Shown here in pieces: positions 13,544 to 25,600 of a DNA stretch of 64,000 nt. Every line of letters starts with the position of its first letter. Position 1 is the first letter of the stretch. Where the stretch lies: contig NC_043018.1 in NCBI RefSeq assembly GCF_006345805.1, positions 14,880,001-14,944,000 of the forward strand, read 5' to 3'. The translations under genes and the position numbers were made by a program. Origin of the DNA: Octopus sinensis. Lineage: Eukaryota. Below the pieces are notes generated by a model. It was given only the letters and a program-made list of their open reading frames with translations, had not been told where the DNA came from and did no database searches.

Positions 13544-13946
13544 TGTTGTATGTGTAGGCGCATCACCCCCGCTTGGCAGCGGGTAAACGAGCTGGCTATG
13601 CAGATATACAGAGGGCATTACGCAACATTAAGGTTCAGACACGTGACCTCATCTCTTCCTCTTTTCTACATGGACACGCAAGCTATGAGGACGCAACTTG
13701 ACCGGCTCTATCTTATGCCACGGGCCAGTTTGCAGAGAGGAGCTATGGCCTCTACACACCAACCATTCTATTTATCATTCCACTGTGTATATACGTGTGG
13801 CCACAATAAACATGTTTAAGTTACAACCTTTCTTGTATATGTCCTTCATCCAGGTTTACTTACCAGCAAGATTACAGCCTTCTGAGGGTCATATTAGGCG
13901 GCTCAATAATGACCTACACCATCTAAAATGGTGACCCCCGACATGG
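13544..13946 (+). mobile_element. LTR followed by a tRNA-Trp primer-binding site
   Basis: Starts with TG and contains AATAAA. TGGTGACCCCCGACATG at 13929-13945 is near-complementary to the 3' end of eukaryotic tRNA-Trp. Confidence 0.6.
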
Positions 13947-15236
13947 ACAACTATCCATCTGAATATGTATTATATGCCATGGTGTTGATGTTACCATTGC
14001 AGTACCTCTCAATACTGTTAATGGCAGTAGTTTAGCCAAATAATCAAAGAATACAATAACATCAACTGAACAAGTGAAATAAGGCCAAACGTGGATTCTG
14101 CTGGATCTAACGAAGATTGAACATTGTTCCCAGAGGAGAAGACAACGTTTCTACTGCCAGTCACCCAGGCACCAACAGGGCTCTCCAATTTGTTTCGTTG
14201 TTGTGGGATCAACTCCGCAGACATTGCACCCATACAGCATTAAGTAGTCAAAACGTTTTAGATGTTGAGTCCAATATTCTATTGACCAGCGGAAACTACA
14301 ATTGTCTCAGAGTCTTGCATTTCTTTCGAGTCTGGCTTTTGAAGAACTACAATAGCGTATTGCAACAAGTGTATGGTTGTAAGAGATCACTTTGTTAGTA
14401 AGAGTGGTGCGTGCGCCTACCCCCCCCTCCTCATCCACCCTCGCACACACATACAAAGCAGCGTTCGTCAACCAAATCCCACTTGCATAGAATTGGTCAA
14501 TCGGAAATTAAGGTCGCGGTCACTCGTCCACGGTCACTGCGCTGTAGAAAGGGGTTGCAAAGTGGACTTCTTAATCACAGCCATAACTGTCTTTACCAAC
14601 TTTGATCTTTTCTAACTGATACATCCACGACGCGGTTTCGATTCCTCGTTGGCTCCCATTTCGCTTTATTTCATTTACGTTATTAATCGATTTGTCACCT
14701 GCTTTCAAAGAATTAATCAATGACTCACCTGAAATTACTTTACAGTTTGTTGAGGAGATGAATCATAAAAGTTACCTTCACCCCTTACCCCCCACCACAC
14801 ACACACACACCACAGCATCACGTGTCGTTAATCAGTTTCAGTCGTAGCGGACATTGGATGCAAGATAAGATTATAAATATGAAACTAGGGTGACAGGCAA
14901 CGATTGAATGATGTACATATCACCTTAACAGACCACATCCCATTCTTAAACTCTCGATCTTGTCCATAGATATCGATCTAGTTAAAGTATTGGACAGAGA
15001 GAGAGAGATGAATCTACAAGAGTTAATTCCCCTCACAATATTAACTCTCGACCCGCTCTCAGCCGTGACCATCACGACTTGTCTTGAGACTTCGTATACC
15101 TGGGACATTATCTTACTATCTTAATTTTGCAAGCTGATCACCTGGAGGAAAGGTGTTTGCCTTCATTTTGGATTGATAAACGAATTTTTCATGTTTCCGT
15201 ATATAATGTGTGTGTGTGTATGTGTATATATGTATA

Positions 15237-15515
15237 TCTATTATATAAAATCCGTTCTGTCTGTCTGTGTGTGTGTCTTCTAGGATCTTGGCATCCTCCA
15301 CCCGATTGCGCTCAAATTTGATATGTAGATACCGACGGTATCAGGGCGTGTATAAGTCTTGAAAAAATTACAAAAATCGATTTCAGGATAAAATGCGATC
15401 GATAAAGCCGTGGGATCGTACATTTTGCATTTGTACGCGCATCGGACAAGTTGTTTTGAGAAAATTTGGTTTAAATGTTTGACAACTCAGCACCGTCCAT
15501 TGGAGAGGGGGAGCG
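15237..15515 (+). mobile_element. 3'-truncated non-autonomous Helitron-like element (related subfamily)
   Basis: A|TCTATTATATAAAA 5' end followed by (GTCT)n and a ccgatt...aaatttg core similar to the other two copies. No 3' hairpin found. Confidence 0.5.
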
Positions 15516-15521
15516 TTTTTC

Positions 15522-15559
<38 letters not shown>

Positions 15560-16084
15560 TCATCATCATCGTTTTCCATGCTAGCATGGGTTGGACGGTT
15601 CGACCAGGGTCTGGGAAGCCAGGAGGCTGCACCAGGCTCCAGTCTGATCTGGCAGTGTCTCTACAGCTGGATGCCCTTCCTAACGCCAACCACTCCGTGA
15701 GTGTAGTGGGTGCGTTTTACGTGCCACCGGCATGGAAGCCAGTCAAGGTTGCGCTGGCATCGGCCACACGTACGGATGGTGCTTATAACGTACCACCGGC
15801 AGAGGTATCACAATTACAATTTCCATTCGATATTTTGATGTTGATGTACTTGACTCCATAGGTCTCCTCAAGCACACACAAACATATATATATATATCAT
15901 CATCATCATCGTTTAACATCCGTTCTCCATGCTAGCATGGGTTGGACGGTTCGACCAGGGATCTGGGAAGCCAGAAGGCTGCACCAGGCTCCAGTCTTAT
16001 CTGGCAATGTTTCTACAGCTGGATGCCCTTCCTAACGCCAACCACTCCGTGAGTGTAGTGGGTGCTTTTTACATGCCACCTGGA

Positions 16085-16123
<39 letters not shown>

Positions 16124-16194
16124 TTATGAAAGAGGTAAAATAAGTTCTTAAAAAGGACAAATGTAACGAAAACAACTCTTTTATATAAAGTATT

Positions 16195-16200
16195 TTTATT
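16195..16200 (-). terminator. Candidate WDR1 polyadenylation signal AATAAA
   Basis: AATAAA on the minus strand followed about 25-40 nt later by a GT/T-rich tract. Another AATAAA lies at 16565-16570. Confidence 0.3.
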
Positions 16201-16463
16201 CAGATTTACGGGGAGAAAAATAATAGAAGCCTAAAGACAACGAATGGAAAATATAACTTGTTCCTGTCGATAGAAAAGTTGAATTTGAATGAGGGGGAGG
16301 GATTTCACACACACATACACACACATATGTATATCTATGCACATAGATACCTACAAGTGCATGTATATGCATATGTACATGCAGACACACACACACATAT
16401 ATTCATAAACATTGAAACATACACATATACATGAAAACATAAATATATATATACATACACATT

Positions 16464-16501
<38 letters not shown>

Positions 16502-16674
16502 TTTATGAATATAAACATATACATATTCTACACAATTATGTATATAATATATATATTTGTTTGCTTTATTTTAGTCTGTTTTTCCATGCTAGCATGGATT
16601 AGATGGGAAGGGGCTGAGAATTTTTACAGCTGGATGCTCTCCCAGATGCCAACCCGTACCTGTTTTACAAGGGA

Positions 16675-16966
16675 TATACATACATACATACACATACATA
16701 CATACATACATATATATACATACATACACATATATATACATACATATGCATACATACATACACACATACATATATATATATACACATGTATATACATATA
16801 TATATATATATATATACATATACATGTATATATATATACATATATATGTATATATATACATATATATGTATATACACACATATATATATACATATGTATA
16901 TATATACATGTGTATATATATATATGTGTGTGTGTATATATTTATACATGTATATACATATACATG

Positions 16967-17000
<34 letters not shown>

Positions 17001-17355
17001 CGTGTATATATTTATACATGTATATACATATACATGTATATACATACATATATATATATATACGTGTATATATTTATACATGTATATACATATACATGTA
17101 TATACATACATATATATATATATACATATACATATATATACATATATATATATACATATACATATATACATATACATATATATACATGTATATACATATA
17201 TATATATACATATATATATGTACTTATATGTATATACACACACATTATATATATATACATATATATATACGTATATATACACACATATATATATACATAC
17301 ATATGCACACACATATATATATATACACATACATACATAATTATACATACACATA
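16675..17355. repeat. Compound TA/CA microsatellite block
   Basis: Directly visible; source of several spurious long ORFs. Confidence 0.95.
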
Positions 17356-17780
17356 AACAAAACAGTCAACATGTAAAGTAGGCACAAATATATATATAGT
17401 TATGTGTTGCTCTAGCAAAAATGAACCAGCCATGATCAGCGCCATATCTATTAGAAGTTCCAGAAGTGGAATCAGCAATTTTTATAAAAATATCAGAAAC
17501 TGAAAACGAAAATAGGGAAATTAAAATAATAGGAGAAAAAAAAAAATATATATATATTTACCATTTTCTCATGAATACAATATAATATTGAGGATTATTG
17601 TTTAACTTAAAAAGACAGCAATTATAAACAGCAGTGTATATGTAAGAGGAAGAAGAGAAGGAAGGAAGAGAAAGAGGTAAGAAGAGGAAGAAGGAAATGA
17701 AAGAGGCAAGAGGAGCGGTTGGAGAGAGAGAAGAAGACAGCATGGCTTAATATCGGAGTTGATTTTGGGGGTAGACAAGT

Positions 17781-17887
17781 TTAAAAAGTGATGGCCCATT
17801 GTTTCAGGTTACTGTCTTGTCCGGCTGATAATACAAGATTGCTGTCCAGCCAGATGACACGGTTTACCTGGCTAAGTCGATGTGCAC
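17781..17887 (-). CDS. WDR1: WDR1 exon 16, coding part ([35 protein letters not shown])
   Basis: 107 nt, ttaacag acceptor, TAA stop at 17783-17781. Confidence 0.95.
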
Positions 17888-20237
17888 CTGTTAATACAGA
17901 AAAAGAAGAAGAAGTTGAAAGATAATTATTGAAACTGCATTAACAAGATTTAACAATAAAGATTTACCCTGTGAGCTTTTTTTTTTATTTTAATGTAATG
18001 AGATAAAAGCTGAATTAGATTTAAGTCAAGCAAGATCTATTTTACCATTTCTCAGTTAGGAAAATCTTCACAAATCCTAAAACAATTGTAGCAGTGATTT
18101 GAAACCTCAACCACTGGATTAAAACTAATACACCTATTTGTTGTATATATACCTGTCTTCGTCTTTTCTTTTTCTATAAATTCCAACAATAATTTAAGAG
18201 CACCTGGAGCGCTAAGAGCACCATCCGAGTGTGATCGTTGCCAGAGCAACAAACTGGCTTCCGTGCCAGTGGCACATTAAACACACCATTTGAGCGTGAT
18301 TATTACCTGCGTCGCCTTACTGACACTTGTGCCAGTAGCACGTGAAAAAACATTTGAGCGAGGTCATTGCCAGTGCCGCTGGACTGGCTCCTGTGCAGGT
18401 GGCACATAAAAAGCACCATTTGAGTGTGGCCGTTGCCAGTACTGCCTGTAATTAGTACTGAAAGTAATTAGGACGTTGACAATCATGAATGATTTCAAAT
18501 CTCATCAAATTTTTCCATGGCTATTATTTCTCTAAATTAATTACACTGTATACACCTTATGAAATAATGCCTTTAAGACACATTGGATGTGGTCCAAGGT
18601 GGACTATGCCTATGGAAAAAAAAAACTGGAAAGTTGTGACTTGAATGGCATCCACAATAGGCTTGTTCATTCAAGCCAGACGAGGGCCTGAACAACAACA
18701 ATATTTTCATATTCTACCCCATCTACTCCCCACCTCTCTCTCTCTCTCTCGGTGTCTCTTCCCACTCCTCACTTTCTTGGTGTCCCCCACTCCGAAAATA
18801 ATCACAAGTCAACAAACCTTTGATATTCAATGAGGAAAACGTATCCTGGATATCATGTATAACGATGTTGCCGTCAACACCAGCAGAAGCCAGGTGGGTG
18901 CTGTCTGGAGACCAGGCCACAGAATTGACTTTGACCGAGTGACTAGTAGAACGATATTTCACCTGAAAGAAAGACACAAACCATTAGAATTATTTTCCCA
19001 TTTGGATGAAGGTAGCAGTTGGTTAGAACCTCAAGCCCGAGTATTACTGGTATCTATTTTTACAACCCACCAAGTTGTTACAAGAAACACAAAGGGTTAG
19101 ACCCCTAACATGCCACCAGTCTGTCCCGTTTCACCATTTACCAGCAGATATTAGAGTTGGACATTACAATACCAATTTCTAAGTCTGAGATGACTCACAA
19201 AATGTGTTACAAGAACTGCCCTTCCAACAACATCAAAATAAAAAAACCCTATAAATTCATATAAATGCACTAAACACTGGACATATGAAATCAGAATTGT
19301 GGTGGCTAAATGTTTACAAATTAGACAACACTAGAACATTAAGACAGGGGAGTCATGGCTGGAATATCTTGGATCATAGCTCTACTTGACCAGAACTAAC
19401 CTGTGTCTATCAACAAGAACAACAACCATTCTTATAAAGTTAGCTAGCAAAAAATCTTCCATATGGAACTTTCTGGAAACATGAAACCATAAAGAAGTTT
19501 AAAATATAAAAATCTCCTTTTGTTAATTATTTTAAAAACCAAATAATAGTAATTATCATCAACAGAAATGATTTCTATAATTAATTACCAAACACTTGTG
19601 TATTAATAATTGGGTATTCTACCAACAGTATATTGGATAGATAGTTGGTTGGATTCACAACCCCTAACTTTCTTGGAGTTATATATATATCATCATCATC
19701 ATTTAACGTCCGTTTTCCATGCTAGCATGGGTTGGATGGTTCGACCAGGGTCTGAGAAGCCAGGAGGCTGCACCAGGCTCCAGTCTGATCTGGCAGTGTT
19801 TCTACAGCTGGATGCCCTTGGGTTAGATAAATATGTAATGATGCATGGTTTTACAGCCAGATGTCTTTCTCGCCACTAAACCATTTCTGTTTTCCAAGTG
19901 AGGGACATCTTGTTACATTCCATTTCAAAAGCACAGAATTAGAGGAAATTTGTTGATAAGGAATGTCAACATAACATCATCATTTAGAGCTTAATGCTTT
20001 TGTGGAATATAAACACACACAAATACTCTCTCTCTTTCTCTCTCTCATACTCTTTTACTTGTTTCAGTCATTTGACTGCGGCCATGCTGGAGCACCGCCT
20101 TTAGTGGAGCAACTCGACCCCGGGACTTATTCTTCTGTAAGCCCAGTACTTGTTCTATCAGTCTCTTTTGCCGAACCGCTAAGTAACGGGGACATAAACA
20201 CACCAGCATCGGTTGTCAAGCAATGCTAGGCGGACAA

Positions 20238-20268
<31 letters not shown>

Positions 20269-22348
20269 AATATATACGACGGGCTTCTTTCAGTTTCCGT
20301 CTACCAAATCCACTCACAAGGCTTTGGTCGGCCTGAGGCTATAGTAGAAGACACTTCCCCATGAACCCGGAACCATGTGGTTGGTAAACAAGCTACTTAC
20401 CACACAGCCACTCCTGCGCCACTCCATACGTATACAGCTTTCATCTATCACTTCTATTCACAAGGCATTGGTCAATCCAAGGCTACAGTAGAAGACACTT
20501 GCCTAAAGTGCCACAGAGCGGGACAGAACCTGAGACCACACGGTCACAAAATCTGAGACCACATGGTCACAAAATCTGAGACCACATGGTCACAAAATCT
20601 GAGACCACATGGTCACAAAATCTGAGACCACATGGTCACAAAATCAACTCTCGGCTATAAGCCATAACACCAAAGCAATACAGTTCCAATGTAAGTAAAG
20701 AGTTTATTTCCAAAATTCTACCATTTCAGCAGACCTCAGAATTCAGATAATGAAGAAACCTGGGTCATAAAAGGAGGCCAACTTGGTTGGTGGTTCTGAA
20801 GGATTGAACCATTGCACCAGTACAGTTGGGTTATCTGCTCCTGAATTAACATGTAACTGGCTGAGTACCCCTCTGCAGACATGTTGCTCACCATAATACT
20901 CAGTCAGAATCAACAATACACAGAGTGGGTCAAGGCTGGACATTTTAAATTCCAGAGAGAATCCATCCCATGGGCTTCAGTACAGTTTCCATTTACCCAA
21001 TTTCACTCTTAATATATAGGTGAAGCCAAGGCTTTTAGACAATGCCATTTGCTATGTGACCAAATAACCTCCTTCACACCACAGCCTACCATCTTAAAGA
21101 AACTGAGAAATAAAATAGTGATGTTCATGACTGGAATGTCTGTGACCATAAGTCTGCTCAATCATGGATGACCTACAGTTAAGCACCAATGCTTACAGAC
21201 AGACACAGGAGAATAGAGACAGTAACTCATATGCAAATGTGCCACGTTTGAATTAACCAGTGTATGTCAGAATGTGTTGTTTTTTTTTGTTTGTTCCTTC
21301 TCGAGCCATGCCTGGCTCATAAGAGTTGGTTTCCCAGTTTTCTTAGCGTATAGGTTCCCCACCTGGACGGGATGCTGGTCCGTCGCAGGTGAGCTGCAAG
21401 ATCCAGGAGGAAAGAGTGAGGGAAAGTTGTGGCTAAAGAATCATCAGAAGTTCGCCATTGCCTTCTGCCAGAGCCGTGTGGAACTTAGGTGTTTCGCTCA
21501 TAAACACACACATTGCCTGGTCTGAGATTCGAACCCGCGATCCCTCGACCGCGAGTTCGCTGCTCTAACCACTAGGCCATGTGCTTCCACATGTCAGAAT
21601 GTAGTGTGTGGTTATTAAGCAGGGGCATATATTCTGGGTGTGCACTGCACACCCATTGAAAATGGAAAATTGATTATAAATATTACTCGTTAATTTAATC
21701 ACAAATCTTAATGGAAAACTTCTGTTATACCCCTGCTTGAAATTTGGTGGAATTGGGTGTGGCAGCACACCCAATACAAGGACCACCGTTTGTCACTGTT
21801 ATTAAGAAGACAGAAATACAAAATCTCTGGGATTTAGGGATCTAGATTGCATCATATCATTCTTCAGTGAAGAGTCAACATAGTATAGACTTGCTCGATT
21901 AAGGTAGGCCTAGGGCTATACAATAACTACAACATTCAATGAAAACAATGGGAAAAACATACTTACAGAGTAATCAGAAAGGCTATAAACCATAACATAT
22001 CTTGAATCATTACCTGTGGCCAAGTATTGGCCATCAGGTGAAAAAGCCAGATCTCTGACAGCACCCGATTCCTCAACAACTTTGGCTTCTGTCAAGGTAC
22101 AGTTGTTGACGTTGTAAACATGGTAAGAATTCTGTTAAAAGAAGGGGGGGGGGAAACAAAAAAAGGAGAAAATCATGATTAGTTAATTTACTTTCACTTT
22201 TGAGAACCAACAGCTGACATACAAACACAGGCATATGCACACACATGCAAACACACACACACACGCAAACACATGCAAACACACACACACACGCAAACAC
22301 ATGCAAACACACACACACATGCACATGCACACACACACACACACACAT

Positions 22349-22385
<37 letters not shown>

Positions 22386-22627
22386 AACACATGCAAACAC
22401 ACACACACACACACACGCAAACACACGCAAACACACACACACACACACATGCACACACACACACACACACATGCAAACACACACACATGCACACACACAC
22501 ACACACACGCAAACACATGCAAACACACACACATGCACACACGCAAACACACGCAAACACACACACACATGCACATGCACACACACACACACACACACAT
22601 GCAAACACACACACATGCACACACACG

Positions 22628-22659
<32 letters not shown>

Positions 22660-25600
22660 CTTTAAAACAAATGTAAACCAGTTTGCTATGATTTCTGCAA
22701 TTTAAGGTGGTGCAACATCATCAGAAAGTTGCAGGCTCTTGTTGAAATGTGTACCCTTATAAGCGGGTAGTCACAGTCAGTACCCCTACTGAGACCCTAA
22801 TCCACAGGATTAGCAGTAGAAGCACCCAAGATAATGATTTAACCCTTTAGCATTTAAACCGGCCATATCCGGCCAAAAGTATTCTGCTTGTTTTATGTTC
22901 AAACAGGCCAGATCTGGTCTCTCACACCAACCCTACAATATCGTTTTAAAAATTAACAGCTACCTCATCAAAATCTCATAGCTACAAGATAATGCATGAT
23001 TAGTTCAAAACAATGTGGATAAAAAAGGATTAATTTTGGCAGAATAATGCGAACACTAAAGGGTTAAAGCTCCAGTTATAGAACAAAACATTCAAAATTC
23101 TTCATTCTGTGAGAATAGAGAACTCAGACAAACATTTCTAAATATCAACAAGATATTTTCTCACAGAAAATAGAACAACTTACCACTCCACCCACTGCCA
23201 AAAGTGAGCCATTCACATTAAAGGCGGCTGAACACCCTTCATATGAAATTGGCAGAGTTAGGACAATGCGTTCACCTTGCAATAATATTACCTGGGAAAG
23301 AAAAAAAAAAACATTTGTTAAAATAACAGAGAAGAGAAGAGAAATTGAACCACTATCACCTACCTAACACCATAAATAAATACAATGGTGAGGGGTATCT
23401 AACAGTATAGAAATAGAAGCCAAAATTCCCATACATCTCATCCACTGAAGGTCACACCAACCTAAACATACTATGTTGAAAATTAATAAGGAAAAACTAA
23501 GATGGTCATGGACGGAGCAACTTTGATGATAGTCTGGTGGATCAGGGCTGACCTGGGGCTAAACAACAACTGCTACATTTATTCAAGCAGGAACCAGGAA
23601 TGGCCATGGACTCCCATAGGACTGGCTTAAACCAATGCCTTGTGTGAAGAATTTTAATTAACAGAAATGCAAAGATGATGCCTTCCATTTTCTGATATTG
23701 TCAAAGGCAACAAACATTAAAGAAACGACTGAAGTTCTGGTGTTCTTTCTTTGAATGAAATCTCATTACATTTGTTCTGTACCAAGTTACAGGAATTCCC
23801 TCGTTACTCTTGCAGTCAGGAATGTAGTGAACCAGCGATTGGTCAGTTGGAAACATGTAGCCAACAATACAACTCTTCATAAAATATGATGAATACAAAA
23901 TTAATTAAAATACAAAAAGCAAACAGACAAAACACGTGCATGTGTGAGGTCACAGGTTCAATCCCATTGCAGAGCATGTTGAGTGTCACATACCCGAGTC
24001 ACTGGTTGACCAAAATCTTGACATAAGGATGGAAACTATCTGGAAGCCCATCAGATGGCAGAAACGTTAGCACACTGGACGAAATGCTTAGTGGTATTTC
24101 GTCTGCTGTTAGGTTTTGAGTTCAAATTCCACCAAAGTCGACTTTGCCTTTCATCCTTTTGGGGTCGATAAATTAAGCACCAGTTACACACTGGGGTCGA
24201 TATAATCGACATAATCCCTTTGTCTGTCCTTGTTTGCCCCCTCTATGGTTAACCCCTTGTGGGCAATAAAGAAATAAGATGGACTGTACCTGCAATTCAT
24301 TAGGTCTTACTTTGTCCCCTGCATTGTAGCCTGCTGATTCTGCCTAAGGAATACTCAACCATTCGAAGGCTGAGTCAATGAACAAGGGCCTCATGTAAAC
24401 ACACGATACCCACCATTGAAACCACAGATATCTATTTACCACCAGCTGTACTCTATGAACTGTACTCTACTGACTGTACTCTTCAAGCTGTACTCAACAA
24501 TATTTCCACTCAAATATAACAGCAATATTCTAGATTCACAGGAATTGCATTTACTTGCCTTCCTCTGCCCGTTTCTCCTCCCACTTTTGCTCTAAATATA
24601 TTATTTTTAACTAACGAGGGAGCTTCTACATGGTTGCTTGACCTGTTAGAAATAACTCATACAATCATCTTAAGAAAAAAAAAAGAAGGACAATGTGATC
24701 CTGTTTGTACTACTACAACTGACAAACAATTTTGAATCGGTGAAAACTGGTCTAGGATCCTAAGTCTATTAAACAAGAACTGACCTGGGGCTAAATAGCA
24801 ACATGAAAGTAGAAAGAAGATAACAAAAAAAGAGAAAAAGAAACAAAGAAAAAATAATAATTACATGTTTGACACAGGCAACTGCAGTAAGGTTGTTGTG
24901 GACTGCAACTGAACGGGGCTGAGATTCTAGTTTCACTGAGGCATTTCTGAAAATAGGAATTAAAATGGAAAAATATCAACACTACGTGTGAGTGTGTATA
25001 GGTAAATATAATAATAATAATAATAATAATGAAATTATTGTATGCAATGTTGCCAGCCTCGCCTGGCCTCTGTGCCAGTGGTACGTAAAAAGCACCATCC
25101 GATCGTGGCCGTTTGCCATCCTCGCCCGGCCTCTGTGCCAGAAGCACGTAAAAAGCACCATCCGATTGTGGCTGTTTGCTAGCCTCACCTCGCCTCCGTA
25201 CCGGTGGCATGTAAAAAGCACCATCCGATCGTGGCCATTTGCCAGCTTCGTCTGGCACCTGTGCCGGTGGCACGTAAAAAGCACCATCCGATCGTGGCCG
25301 TTTGCCAACCTCGCCTGGCACCTGTGCCAGTGGCACATAAAAAGCACCCACTACACACATGGAGTGGTTGGCGTTAGGAAGGGCATCCAGCCGTAGAAAC
25401 ATTGCCAGATCAGACTGGGCCTGGTGCAGCCTTCTGGCTTCCCAGACCCCAGTTGCACCGTCCAACCCATGCCAGCATGGAAAGCGGACGCTAAACGATG
25501 ATGATGATGAATGCTCAGGTGCACCACAACTTGTTAAAAGTGTGTATTAAGCATGTGCAGCGATGTACAAATGTCTGTAAAGTGAACAGTGTATGAGTCA

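Noticed and set aside
16412-17387. Long ORFs of 184-314 aa (YIHT/CVCV-type), and similar ones at 22073-22705 and 5046-5925
   Set aside because: They are translations of TA/CA/TG microsatellites, which lack stops by composition.
21850-21920. Minus-strand peptide [16 protein letters not shown] as a missing exon
   Set aside because: Wrong phase, no donor, and unnecessary once exon 14 is extended.
22008-22014. Apparent donor ACAG|GTAATG inside exon 14
   Set aside because: The frame continues with AIP1-like sequence ([16 protein letters not shown]) to a better donor at 21966, and no compensating exon was found.
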